Made by a program: the position numbers and the translations under genes. The notes under the pieces were generated by a model. The model saw only the letters and a list, made by a program, of their open reading frames with translations, had not been told where the DNA came from and did not search any database. This document shows positions 21,881-31,997 of a stretch of DNA of 64,000 bases, in pieces (position 1 is the first letter of the stretch; every line of letters begins with the position of its first letter). This DNA is from Accumulibacter sp. (GTDB taxonomy: Bacteria; Pseudomonadota; Gammaproteobacteria; Burkholderiales; Rhodocyclaceae), in the NCBI RefSeq assembly GCF_036625275.1, contig NZ_JAZKUD010000006.1, positions 11,716 through 75,715 of the forward strand, read 5' to 3'.

Positions 21881-22869
21881 GCAGTCAGGATGATGGGCAG
21901 GCAGGGCAGGGGGCAACAAGAGCAGGTGCCAGGATCGCCGGCGTCAAGGAAAGGGGTGAACTGAAAACGGCTCGCATTCCCATCAAGATCGTTTCGCAGA
22001 CGCCACAGCGCAAGCCTGACTGGATTCGAGTCAAGGCGGGTAACGATGCGGGTCGTTTCGGTGAAATCAAGAAAATGTTGCGCGAACAGAAACTGCATAC
22101 CGTCTGTGAAGAAGCCGCTTGTCCCAACATTGGCGAATGTTTCGGCCGCGGTACGGCGACCTTCATGATCCTCGGTGACATCTGTACGCGCCGCTGCCCG
22201 TTTTGCGACGTCGGCCACGGCAAGCCGCTGGCACCCGACGTCAATGAACCGGCCAATCTCGCCGACAGCGTTGCCCGGCTCAAACTTCGCTACGTGGTGA
22301 TCACCAGCGTCGACCGCGATGACCTGCGTGATGGCGGCGCGCAGCATTTTGTCGAGGTCATTGCCGAAGTGCGGCGCAGATCGCCCGGCACAACCATCGA
22401 GACGCTGGTTCCCGATTTCCGGGGCCGTATGGAGCTTGCCATCGAGGTGTTCGGGCAGGCGTTGCCCGACATTCTCAACCACAACCTGGAAACGGTGCCG
22501 CGCCTGTATCGCCAGGCCCGGCCTGGCGCCGATTACGCGCATTCACTGGCTTTTGTCAAAGGCTTCAAGGAGCGCTATCCGCAGGTGCCGACCAAATCGG
22601 GACTGATGGTCGGCCTTGGCGAGACCGACGACGAGATCCTCGAGGTGTTGCGAGACCTGCGTGCCAACCACGTCGATATGCTGACGATCGGCCAGTACCT
22701 GGCACCTTCCGGCCATCACTTGCCGGTGCTGCGCTACGTTCATCCCGAGACCTTCAGGATGTACGAGCGGGAGGCGTTGGCGATGGGCTTCACCGGTGCT
22801 GCCTGCGGCCCAATGGTGCGCTCCAGCTACTGGGCGGATGTGCAGGCGCACAGCGCCGGTATGGCCTGA
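21877..22869 (+). CDS. lipA: Lipoyl synthase
   Basis: [12 protein letters not shown] and CTRRCPFC radical SAM motifs; C-terminal VRSSY. Confidence 0.98.
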   Translation: MSSQDDGQAGQGATRAGARIAGVKERGELKTARIPIKIVSQTPQRKPDWIRVKAGNDAGRFGEIKKMLREQKLHTVCEEAACPNIGECFGRGTATFMILGDICTRRCPFCDVGHGKPLAPDVNEPANLADSVARLKLRYVVITSVDRDDLRDGGAQHFVEVIAEVRRRSPGTTIETLVPDFRGRMELAIEVFGQALPDILNHNLETVPRLYRQARPGADYAHSLAFVKGFKERYPQVPTKSGLMVGLGETDDEILEVLRDLRANHVDMLTIGQYLAPSGHHLPVLRYVHPETFRMYEREALAMGFTGAACGPMVRSSYWADVQAHSAGMA

Positions 22870-22886
22870 TCCGGGGTGTCTGCTGC

Positions 22887-23405
22887 TCAGCCGTAGCGGA
22901 TGAAGCGCGCCGGATAGCGGGCCGTGGCCCAGGCCAGAAACAGATATTTGACCGTCTTGCCGATGCCGACTGCGATCAGGATGCCCAGCGTCGACACCTC
23001 GGCCAGCGCGCAGAAGAGCAGTGCGGGGGTCTGTGGGATCGGCGACCCGGCAATGATCAGCATGGCAATCAGACCCCAGCGCTGCAGCCATTCGCTGGCC
23101 GTTTGCCAGGCCTGCGAGTGCAGCAGTTCCGGGTAGTGCGAGACGATGAATTCCGACCCGAGGTACCGGAAGATCTCGACCAGTGCGGCGGCGCCACAGC
23201 CACTCGCGATGCCGCAGAGCAGGCCGAGCGTGCGCCAGCGCCTGGGTGAGAGCAGTACCGCCGGGATCAACACGGCGACGAAAGGAAAGGTGAAGGTCAT
23301 CGTCGATGAGAAGGCGATCGCCGTCACCACCAGCGAATAGTAACGATGTGCCACGCTGCGCATCAGCAACCGTCGCAACCAGTCAGGAACAGTGTGCGTA
23401 TTCAT
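22887..23405 (-). CDS. YqaA/DedA-like (VTT domain) membrane protein
   Basis: Several TM segments; SPIP.TP and G..GK.VKY motifs. Confidence 0.65.
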   Translation of the reverse strand: MNTHTVPDWLRRLLMRSVAHRYYSLVVTAIAFSSTMTFTFPFVAVLIPAVLLSPRRWRTLGLLCGIASGCGAAALVEIFRYLGSEFIVSHYPELLHSQAWQTASEWLQRWGLIAMLIIAGSPIPQTPALLFCALAEVSTLGILIAVGIGKTVKYLFLAWATARYPARFIRYG

Positions 23406-23700
23406 GCGGTCGAGCAGCCCGGCCGATCGATTTTGCATGCGCCGGCGGTGCGCGGCAGTCGCGCGGGCGCCAGCTCGATCGACGGGCGACTTGTGCGCGT
23501 GCCAACGCGCAGGATATGCTTACGCAGGCAAAGCTGGAGCTTTGCCAATTGCCACCGGGGAGTCACCATGCGACACCTTGCAGGAAGAGTCGGAATTGTA
23601 AGCGTTCTCTTGATCAGCAAGCAGGCGGTGATGAGGCTTGTTGACCGGTCTGGCCTACCATCGTTTTGGCTCTTGCGGCCACCTTGAGGAGTCAGATCCT

Positions 23701-24189
23701 TTGAAACTTGTTTTTGTCGTGCTGGCTTCGCTTCTTTCTGGATTTGCTTTCGGAGATTCCTTTCCAGTCCTGGGTTCGCCGGGTGAATGGCCTGATACGT
23801 CACCGATCCTGAGCGGACGAGCCAGCTTTTACGGGACCGCTTTTAGCGGGCGCAAGACGGCCTCTGGCGAGCATTTTGATCACCGGACCATTTCCGCAGC
23901 AAGCAATCGCTTTCCCATGGGCGCGCTGGTGGCTGTTCGCCGTGTCTTGTCAGCGCGTTGCGTGGTGGTCAGGATCAATGATCGGATGGGACATCGCAGC
24001 CGGCTGATCGATCTCTCACGTGAGGCGGCGGTACGTCTCGGCATGATCGAGGCCGGTGTGACCGAAGTGGAAGTCGTGGCGTTGCCGAAATACCTGAAAG
24101 GCCACGAGAACGCCTGTTCGCTCGCCTTCATGCCTCCGCCACACCTGCATGTCAGCGACGAGCCAGGTACAGGGATGGCAAAGAAGTGA
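23701..24189 (+). CDS. RlpA-like DPBB-only protein (second paralog; start uncertain)
   Basis: G.ASFYG..F.G.KTASGE, VRINDR and LIDLS..AA..LG; no SPOR domain. Confidence 0.8.
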   Translation: MKLVFVVLASLLSGFAFGDSFPVLGSPGEWPDTSPILSGRASFYGTAFSGRKTASGEHFDHRTISAASNRFPMGALVAVRRVLSARCVVVRINDRMGHRSRLIDLSREAAVRLGMIEAGVTEVEVVALPKYLKGHENACSLAFMPPPHLHVSDEPGTGMAKK

Positions 24190-24245
24190 GCGTGCGTGCA
24201 TAGCCACAAGCCGAATGACTCGTCAACAAGGGGAGGGGATACGAG

Positions 24246-25394
24246 ATGAAAGAGGGGGAACTGTCCAGGGTCAAGAAGTCAGTCGCGTTGTCCGGTGTGG
24301 TTGCCGGCGACACGGCGATCTGTGCGGTAGGGCGCATCGGCAATGATCTGTATTACCGTGGTTATGATGTGATTGCCCTGGCCGAGCATGCCACTTTCGA
24401 GGAAGTGGCCTATCTGCTGCTCTACGGACGCTTGCCGAGTCCGACCCAGCTCAACCAGTACAAGAAGAAGCTCAAGACGCTGCGTGGATTGCCAGTGATG
24501 CTGCGACCAATGCTGGAGAGCCTGCCGGCCTCGGCGCATCCGATGGACGTCTTGCGTAGCGGATGTTCAGCGCTCGGCACGATTCTGCCGGAAGCGCAGG
24601 ATCATAACCCCGGTGCGGCGCGTGAGATCGCCGACCGGCTGATTGCCAGCTTCGGATCGATGCTGCTCTACTGGTATCACTGGTCGCATAACGGCCGGCG
24701 CATCGAGACCGAGACTGATGATGACTCGATCGCCGCGCACTTTCTCCACCTCTTGCGGGGCAAGGCCCCGACGGCGCTGCAGGCGAGCAGTCTCGACAAG
24801 TCCCTGGTGCTTTATGCCGAACACGAGTTCAATGCTTCGACCTTTACTGCCCGGACGATCACTGGCACCGGTGCCGACCTGTATGCAGCGATCAGTGGTG
24901 CGATCGGCGCGCTGAGTGGCCGTCTGCACGGCGGTGCAAACGAGGTTGCTTTCGAGATCCAGAGCCGCTATAACGACGCCGAGCACGCCGAGCAGGACAT
25001 CAACCGCCGCCTCGAGAACAAGGAAATCGTCATCGGTTTCGGTCACCCCCTGTATACCATCTCCGATCCGCGCCACAAGGTCATCCGCGCCGTTGCCCAG
25101 CAATTGTGTACTGCGGGAGACAACCGGGTGCTGTTCGACATCGCCAGTCGAATCGAGGCCGTGATGTGGGAGCAAAAGCGCATTTTTCCCAATGTCGATT
25201 GGTTTTCGGCCGTGGTGTATCACATGCTGGCCGTTCCAACACCGATGTTTACCCCGCTGTTTGTCATTGCCCGTACCAGCGGCTGGGCAGCGCACGTCAT
25301 CGAGCAACGCATCGATGGAAGAATCATCCGCCCCTGGGCCAACTACGTTGGACCGGAGGAGCAGAAGTTTGTCACTCTGTCAGAACGATGCTGA
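24246..25394 (+). CDS. prpC: 2-methylcitrate synthase
   Basis: [38 protein letters not shown] and GFGH; upstream of prpD. Confidence 0.93.
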   Translation: MKEGELSRVKKSVALSGVVAGDTAICAVGRIGNDLYYRGYDVIALAEHATFEEVAYLLLYGRLPSPTQLNQYKKKLKTLRGLPVMLRPMLESLPASAHPMDVLRSGCSALGTILPEAQDHNPGAAREIADRLIASFGSMLLYWYHWSHNGRRIETETDDDSIAAHFLHLLRGKAPTALQASSLDKSLVLYAEHEFNASTFTARTITGTGADLYAAISGAIGALSGRLHGGANEVAFEIQSRYNDAEHAEQDINRRLENKEIVIGFGHPLYTISDPRHKVIRAVAQQLCTAGDNRVLFDIASRIEAVMWEQKRIFPNVDWFSAVVYHMLAVPTPMFTPLFVIARTSGWAAHVIEQRIDGRIIRPWANYVGPEEQKFVTLSERC

Positions 25395-25436
25395 GCATTC
25401 CGCGGGGCAGTTGCTCCGCAGCAAGAGAAAACAGAC

Positions 25437-26888
25437 ATGAGCACACGCATTCCCGCCACACCTCCCGCACCGGACCAGGTACTGGTCGATATTGCCGACT
25501 ACGTTCTCGACTTCAAGATCGAGTCGAGAGCGGCTTTTGAAACGGCGCGCTATTGCCTGATCGACGCGCTCGGTTGCGGTCTTGAAGCGCTTGCCTACCC
25601 GGCCTGCAGCAAACTGCTCGGGCCGATCGTTCCAGGCTCCGTCGTCCCTGACGGTGCCCGTGTTCCCGGTACCGTATTTCAACTCGACCCAGTGCAGGCG
25701 GCCTTCAACATCGGTACGCTGATTCGCTGGCTGGACTTCAACGACACCTGGCTGGCCGCCGAATGGGGGCATCCCTCGGATAATCTCGGGGGCATTCTCG
25801 CGACTGCCGACTGGCTGTCGCGGACCCGCATCGCCAGCGGGCAGGCGCCGCTACTGATGCGCCAGGTCTTGGAAGCGATGATCAAAGCCTATGAGATCCA
25901 GGGGGTGCTATCCCTCGAAAACAGCTTCAATCGCGTCGGGCTGGACCACGTCCTGCTGGTCAAGGTGGCGACTGCTGCGGTATGCACCTGGCTGATGGGC
26001 GGTGGGCGAGAGCAGGTCATCAATGCCGTTTCGCAGGCCTTTGTCGATGGTCAGCCGCTGCGCACTTATCGGCACGCGCCAAACACCGGTTCGCGAAAAT
26101 CCTGGGCAGCGGGCGATGCCACCGCGCGCGGTGTATTGCTGGCGCTCATGTCGTGCAAGGGTGAAATGGGTTATCCGTCGGTGTTGACTGCCCCGACCTG
26201 GGGCTTTTATGAGGTTCTGTTCAAGGGACAGCCGTTCCGCCTGTCGCGTCGGTATGGCAGCTATGTGATCGAGAATGTGTTGTTCAAGATCAGTTTTCCA
26301 GCCGAGTTCCACGCTCAGACGGCGGTCGAGTGTGCGGTGGAACTGCATTCGCAGGTGCGTGGACGGATTGACAGGATTGCCAGGGTACTGATTCGCACCC
26401 ATGAATCGGCGCTGCGCATCATCGACAAGCAGGGGCCGCTCTTCAATCCCGCCGACCGCGACCACTGCCTGCAATACATGGTTGCTGTCGCGCTGATCAA
26501 GGGACGGCTGACTAGCGAAGACTACGAGGATGCGGCTGCCGCCGACCCGCGTATCGACGCGTTGCGTGCGAAGATCGAGGTCCGCGAAGAACCCAGGTTT
26601 TCGGCGGACTATCTGGACCCGTCCAAGCGCTCGATCGCCAATGCCGTGCAAGTCGTGTTCGCCGACGGCAGCCGAACCGCAGAACTGGTTTCCGAATATC
26701 CGTTGGGACACTGTCGACGCCGCGCCGAAGGGATTCCGGTACTGGTCGAGAAATTCCGGACTCATCTGGCACGCCGGTTTTCCCCGGCACAGCAAGACCG
26801 CATCGAAGAGTCTTCGCGCGATGTGTACCAACTGGGCACGCTGGCAGTGCACGATTACCTCGACCTGTATGCCCAATATGTGCACTGA
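25437..26888 (+). CDS. prpD: 2-methylcitrate dehydratase
   Basis: [43 protein letters not shown] and DRDHC.QY. Confidence 0.97.
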   Translation: MSTRIPATPPAPDQVLVDIADYVLDFKIESRAAFETARYCLIDALGCGLEALAYPACSKLLGPIVPGSVVPDGARVPGTVFQLDPVQAAFNIGTLIRWLDFNDTWLAAEWGHPSDNLGGILATADWLSRTRIASGQAPLLMRQVLEAMIKAYEIQGVLSLENSFNRVGLDHVLLVKVATAAVCTWLMGGGREQVINAVSQAFVDGQPLRTYRHAPNTGSRKSWAAGDATARGVLLALMSCKGEMGYPSVLTAPTWGFYEVLFKGQPFRLSRRYGSYVIENVLFKISFPAEFHAQTAVECAVELHSQVRGRIDRIARVLIRTHESALRIIDKQGPLFNPADRDHCLQYMVAVALIKGRLTSEDYEDAAAADPRIDALRAKIEVREEPRFSADYLDPSKRSIANAVQVVFADGSRTAELVSEYPLGHCRRRAEGIPVLVEKFRTHLARRFSPAQQDRIEESSRDVYQLGTLAVHDYLDLYAQYVH

Positions 26889-26904
26889 TCGGTTCTCTAT
26901 CACA

Positions 26905-28233
26905 TCAGACAAAACCGATGCCGACTTCGGAGAGACCCACAAGGTCGATATTGGCCGCGTTCTGAGCAGTTTCAGCAGCCAGCACGCCCAGGCTGGCCGG
27001 CGTATACGCGCCGCTTTCGAGCAGGCTGGTGAAGAAGGCCAGCGTGTCGGGCGAGGGCGCGCTGCCGATCACGTTGGTGTATAGCAAAGTCACCACCGCC
27101 TGGTGGCTGGCGCCGGCGCCGAGCCGGGCATCCAGCGCAAGTTGCATCAGGCTTTGGTAGGACATGCCGCCATCGAGCAGACCAAGCCCGATGCCGACAT
27201 AGGCAGGATTGTCGACTGCGGCTGCGCCGAATACGGCCCCCAAGACTTTGGCGGTGGTGCCGGCATGGCCGTCGATGTCGATCGCCAGCTTGTGGTCGGC
27301 AAAATGCAGGCGTTCGATGCCGTACAGGAAATCGTGGCCATCTTGGCCGGCAGTGTCGCTTACCGACCAGTGACCGTTCGTCATGGCTAGCGCATAGTGG
27401 TCGGCAGGGCCGTTGTAATGGGCGGTGTCCTGACCGATGCCACCGCTCAACTGATCGTCGCCGGCCAGGCCTTCGAGCACGTCGTTACCGTTGCTGCCGG
27501 TCAGGGTATCGGTGCCGCGAGTGCCCATCAGATACTGCCCGCGGCTACCCTGGCCGAGTGCCTTGCCCAGGCCGTCACCCCCATAGAGAAACCTCAGCGC
27601 TGCAATATCGTAGGGCGAATAGTCGCTATAGGGCCCGCCGGCATGGTTATAGGACATCAGTGTGTTCGCCGTGTGGTCGTCGGCCTCGCTCAGCCGCACA
27701 CTGCCCGAAAAGGGGTGCTTCAACCCCAGCGCATGGCCCAACTCGTGCAGGAGCACCTCGTAGCCGGCCGAGCCGGCAGCGGGGGCGTGGTTGCTGGCTG
27801 CGAAGTCGGCGTTGTCAAGGTAGATGTAGGCGTCCGCCGTGTACGTAATGATCGTGTTGTCGCCGTCGAACGAGTAGTGGCGGCGCGTTGAGCAGATGCC
27901 CGCGGTGCTGCTGCTGGTGATGATGTCGGCGGCAGCGAAATAAAGATCGGCCACAGCGCCGTCGGCGGTGGCCACGAAGGTGATGCCGGTGATCTGTGTC
28001 AGCCGGTTGAGGGCCTGCACCGCGGCCGCCTGTTGCGTGGCATTGAAAGCCACTGGTGCAGCACTGATCGTACTGCCGATGTCGCGGCTGTTGCCGTCGT
28101 TCAGTGCGAAGGTATAGAAGAGCGTGTTGCGAGCGGGAGCCACCCAGTTCCAGCCGGGGCCGCTATCCAGGAGGGCATCGATATGGATCAGGCCGGACGC
28201 GGCCTGCGTATTAATGTCGGTGACGGTGGTCAT
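26905..28233 (-). CDS. Serralysin-like (M10) metzincin with RTX-like nonapeptides and DUF4214-like C-terminus
   Basis: HELGHALGLKH, Met-turn TLMSY, DIAAL..LYG and GG.G.D-like repeats; no Sec signal. Confidence 0.85.
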   Translation of the reverse strand: MTTVTDINTQAASGLIHIDALLDSGPGWNWVAPARNTLFYTFALNDGNSRDIGSTISAAPVAFNATQQAAAVQALNRLTQITGITFVATADGAVADLYFAAADIITSSSTAGICSTRRHYSFDGDNTIITYTADAYIYLDNADFAASNHAPAAGSAGYEVLLHELGHALGLKHPFSGSVRLSEADDHTANTLMSYNHAGGPYSDYSPYDIAALRFLYGGDGLGKALGQGSRGQYLMGTRGTDTLTGSNGNDVLEGLAGDDQLSGGIGQDTAHYNGPADHYALAMTNGHWSVSDTAGQDGHDFLYGIERLHFADHKLAIDIDGHAGTTAKVLGAVFGAAAVDNPAYVGIGLGLLDGGMSYQSLMQLALDARLGAGASHQAVVTLLYTNVIGSAPSPDTLAFFTSLLESGAYTPASLGVLAAETAQNAANIDLVGLSEVGIGFV

Positions 28234-28258
28234 GTGATGTTCTGCAGTCCTTTCATGA

Positions 28259-29830
28259 TCAAGGGGGGCTCAAATCGCCAGCATCGTTAGGCACTACGAA
28301 CCGTTTTCGTTGCTGCTTCATCTTGTACATGTGTTCATCAGCGTCGGCGATGAATTCCTCCAGCGTCGAGTGATGTTCCGGATTGAAGTCGGTCACACCC
28401 AAACTGATGCCCATGGCGAAGGGCTTGTGTTCCTGAATGCCAATTGCGACGATCCGATCCTCGATGCGTGCAAGCAGGCGGGAGACGGCTTCTTTCTCAC
28501 AGTCGTGGAAGATCAGCAGAAACTCGTCGCCCCCGAGCCGCATCGCAACATCGCCGGCACGAATCGATGTTGACAGGACTTCAGCCGTCTTGCGTAACAA
28601 CCAGTCGCCTTCGGAGTGGCCAAATCGATCGTTGGTCGTCTTCAGACCATCAAGGTCAGCAAAACAGAGGGTGAGTGATCGACGATCGCGTTTGCAGCGG
28701 GCCATCGAATTTTGCAGAATCATCAATCCGGCGCGTCGATTGAGCAACCCGGTCATTTCGTCAAAGGTGGCGAAATGCTCAAGCGCCGCATGTGCTTTCT
28801 TGAGATCGCTGATGTTGGTCATGCCAAGGACCAGCACCTCTCGCCCGGCAAAGCGGATTTGGCGAACGGAAACCAGGGCATTGGTCACGGTGTTCTGTAC
28901 CGTCAGGAGAATGATCTCGTAGTCATTGAGAGACTCGTTGTTGATGATTTTTTCAAGAAACAGTCGGTTCGCATCAAAGGTGTCATCGAGATAGGTTTGC
29001 AAATGACTTCCGGCAAGTTGCCGAACGGTGACTCCGGTCAGTTCAGCGGTTTTCTGGTTGGCATCCAGAATGGTCAGATTCTTGTTATCGACCAGCAGCA
29101 GTGCGGTTGGACTGACGGAGAAGAGGTGACGCATGTCCTCTTCCTTCTGTTCAAGTGCCAGCATGTCTTGACGGATGCGACGAGTCACCGGCGAAAAAAT
29201 AAACAGGGCTTCGAGCGCCAGTACCAGCAGGGTGAGTACCATCAAAGCCAGTTCAACCCAGCGTGCCACATCTAGCTTGCGCTTGGCCTCCTGATCGTAG
29301 CGGAATACGATTTCATCCATACCTTGCAGAAAACTGGACTCGTGTTCGCGAATGCTCTGGATATCCTGGTCGACGGGCTGAGCCTGCGCAGAGGTTGCCA
29401 ACAGGTTTCTTGTCGCGGCAATGATCGCCTGATGGTGTGGGTCGATGCGGTTGTAAAGGGCGATGACCTCTACACTGTTTTTTCCCGGTAGCCCAAGTTC
29501 GGTGTCGCCGTGCAGCAGTCCTTGGTGTGAGCGCTTCCAGAGTTCCAACGTCTCTGCAAGTTGCTGGCGGTAGCTTGTCGCTGACTCGGTTGCCTGGGCA
29601 TTGGCCACGTAGAACGCGTTCTTGGTGATTTTTTGGCTCAGCATGCGCTGTCGGCCGGCAATGTTGACGACGCGCGAGTCAGATGTCTGATCGGCAATCA
29701 GGTGCTGTACCACGATCTGTGACAGGATGGTTAGCAAGGCGATCAGCGATAGCGCCGTGATGTAGCGTTTGCGAAGCTGGCCGGCTGTCAAGACAGCATT
29801 CAATGCGGGGATTATTCTGTTCTTCGGCAT
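28259..29830 (-). CDS. Membrane diguanylate cyclase (PilJ/NarX-like periplasmic domain, PAS, GGDEF)
   Basis: TM-VNIAGRQRMLSQKI-TM, PAS-like segment, DEMTGLLNRR, RxxD I-site (RAGD) and GGDEF. Confidence 0.92.
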   Translation of the reverse strand: MPKNRIIPALNAVLTAGQLRKRYITALSLIALLTILSQIVVQHLIADQTSDSRVVNIAGRQRMLSQKITKNAFYVANAQATESATSYRQQLAETLELWKRSHQGLLHGDTELGLPGKNSVEVIALYNRIDPHHQAIIAATRNLLATSAQAQPVDQDIQSIREHESSFLQGMDEIVFRYDQEAKRKLDVARWVELALMVLTLLVLALEALFIFSPVTRRIRQDMLALEQKEEDMRHLFSVSPTALLLVDNKNLTILDANQKTAELTGVTVRQLAGSHLQTYLDDTFDANRLFLEKIINNESLNDYEIILLTVQNTVTNALVSVRQIRFAGREVLVLGMTNISDLKKAHAALEHFATFDEMTGLLNRRAGLMILQNSMARCKRDRRSLTLCFADLDGLKTTNDRFGHSEGDWLLRKTAEVLSTSIRAGDVAMRLGGDEFLLIFHDCEKEAVSRLLARIEDRIVAIGIQEHKPFAMGISLGVTDFNPEHHSTLEEFIADADEHMYKMKQQRKRFVVPNDAGDLSPP

Positions 29831-29960
29831 GCGCCTACTCTAATCGAAAACCGGTTGCCGATAATGCGCTACCCTCGCCGCATCGAAGCCATTGTTCGAT
29901 ATCGGTCTGGGCCAGGCATCGGTGATGGCAAACCCTCTGGATGAACCACAGAGGTCTGGC

Positions 29961-31997
29961 TCAGGGTTTGTCGCCAGCGCTGACGGCCAGCCAGAGTTCA
30001 TAGTGGCAAGGTCGTATCGCTGACGAACCCTCAAAGCCGTGCATGTATTTCACCGGCACGTCAGGCAGACCGGCATGGGCCAGGGCGGCCGCTGCCGCTT
30101 CTGCACCGCCCTCCTCGGCTTTATGAAAATAGCGAATCTCGTTGGCGGATGGCATCCTTTCGGGCACCATCACTTCAGTCTGCGGGACGATGAAGCCCGC
30201 TGCGCGCAACGCCGGCGCCAGCCGCTGCACCAGCGCGCTGCCCGCTGGCGAACCGACCTGGGGGTACAGGCGCCGACCGGCCGGACACGACTGGAGTGCC
30301 GTCGTCGCCTGCACAACGCTCTGGTACGAGCGATTGGCATCGGAAAGCAGGGCGCTTGCCTCGGCGGCACGGTCGGGCTTGTTGCCTTCGAGCAACTGGG
30401 CTGCCGCCAGCGCTTTTGTGGCGGCTTCCAGGGCACTGGCGCGTTCAGAGTCTGCTGCCGACGCATTGCGGGTTTCCCACTTCGCCACCGACAAGGCTTG
30501 CCTGGCTTCTTCGTTTGCTGTCAGAGCCCACCACAACAAGCCCATGGCGATGACCAGGAGCACCATCAGCCCGATCAACAACCGCCGCGTACGGCGCGAT
30601 GCGGCCAACGCATCTTCGGCGCGAGCACGCTCCAAGTCCGCGCGCTCTTCGGCCAGCCTGGCGGCAGCAGCGCGCTGCTTGAACAGTTCGAGTTCGGCGG
30701 CTTCCTTCTCACGTTGCAGGTGGCCCGTGGCTTCGGCTTGCTGCTGCGCCAGTTGCGCGCGGGACAGCGCGACGGTGGCCAGCCGGTCATGGACCAGCTC
30801 GACCTGGTCTCCTTGCTCGGTGATTTCGATACGCAACAGCCGTCGGTTGACCAATTCGCGCAACGCGGGCAGTAGTGTTGCGTCGACTGCGGCCAAAGGA
30901 TAGGGTCTGCGCGTACCGTCGATGGTGATCAGGTTGGCCTCGATCCAGCTTGCTGCCGAAATTCGCTGCGCATCGGGCAGGTCGGCAAAGGCCTGGTTGT
31001 AGAAGCGGTCGAGGATCTGCGCGCCCCGTGCCTCGAGGTCGCTGACATCGAGCTGCAGGCCTGGCGGCCGTTTCGCCAGGCGGTCGGCGTTGAGACTCGC
31101 GCACACCAGGCTCAGCAGCGCCGGTTCGATTCGACGCGATTCGCGCGCCACCCGCATGGCACTGGATTGGGCCATCTGGCAGCCCAGGAACTCGACGATG
31201 CGCTGTGCCGAGGGGGCGTCGACGAGTTTGCCGCCGGTCTTCTGCACCGCATCGAGCGCCTGCTCCCGTGACATCGGCAACAGTCGGTAGCGATTCGGTC
31301 CCAGGCGTGGGATAAGGTCGGTCCAGGTTTCGAGTTCGGGCAGAAAGTCCTCGCGCAGAGCGATCAGGAAGCGGTAAGGCTGGCCATCCAAGTCGAGGTG
31401 GTCGAGCAATTCGTCGTGCTGGTCCAGACGTGCGGTCACCTGCGGTGGCACGCGATTCTCCAGCAGATCGCCGAGTTGTTCGAAGGTCTGCCGGCGCAGA
31501 TGTTCATCAGGCTGAAGGGTGAAGATTTCCTCGAACTGGTCGAGCACAAAGACGATCGTCCAGCGCCGGCCAGTGGTGTCGAACAGGTGTTGTCGGCGGT
31601 CATGCAGACGCTCCCACAGTGCGGCCACGTCATCGCCTGCGGCCGTGTCGCTGTTGTCGACGGTGTTTGAGCGAAGCCGAGCCTGGACGACGGCATCGTT
31701 GAGTGAGCGCAGTAGCTGCGATGACAAGGCCGGCGTGCCCGCACCGTGTTCGACGCGTCGCAGCGGCACGGGCAACAGGCAACGCTCGCGCAGTAGCGGG
31801 AACAGCCCGGCCAGTAGCAGCGAGGTCTTGCCAAGACCGGACTTGCCGAAAAACACACACACGGGCGTTGTCAGCAGGCTGCGCTGCAGTGCCTGCACAT
31901 CGTCATCCCGGCCATTGAAGAAGCTGCTCGCGCTCTCGGTGAACGGGTCTAGCCAGGGCCAGGGGTTCTGCGCATCGAGATGCCCGCGCTCAGCCAT
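29961..31997 (-). CDS. STAND-class NTPase (nSTAND1-like) with coiled coil, TM helix and LytR_C-like C-terminal domain
   Basis: NPWP.L..F, Walker A GKSGLGKTS, Walker B VLDQFEE, LREDFL, ELVHD and TM LLIGLMVLLVIAMGLLWWAL; start at MAERG. Confidence 0.8.
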   Translation of the reverse strand: MAERGHLDAQNPWPWLDPFTESASSFFNGRDDDVQALQRSLLTTPVCVFFGKSGLGKTSLLLAGLFPLLRERCLLPVPLRRVEHGAGTPALSSQLLRSLNDAVVQARLRSNTVDNSDTAAGDDVAALWERLHDRRQHLFDTTGRRWTIVFVLDQFEEIFTLQPDEHLRRQTFEQLGDLLENRVPPQVTARLDQHDELLDHLDLDGQPYRFLIALREDFLPELETWTDLIPRLGPNRYRLLPMSREQALDAVQKTGGKLVDAPSAQRIVEFLGCQMAQSSAMRVARESRRIEPALLSLVCASLNADRLAKRPPGLQLDVSDLEARGAQILDRFYNQAFADLPDAQRISAASWIEANLITIDGTRRPYPLAAVDATLLPALRELVNRRLLRIEITEQGDQVELVHDRLATVALSRAQLAQQQAEATGHLQREKEAAELELFKQRAAAARLAEERADLERARAEDALAASRRTRRLLIGLMVLLVIAMGLLWWALTANEEARQALSVAKWETRNASAADSERASALEAATKALAAAQLLEGNKPDRAAEASALLSDANRSYQSVVQATTALQSCPAGRRLYPQVGSPAGSALVQRLAPALRAAGFIVPQTEVMVPERMPSANEIRYFHKAEEGGAEAAAAALAHAGLPDVPVKYMHGFEGSSAIRPCHYELWLAVSAGDKP

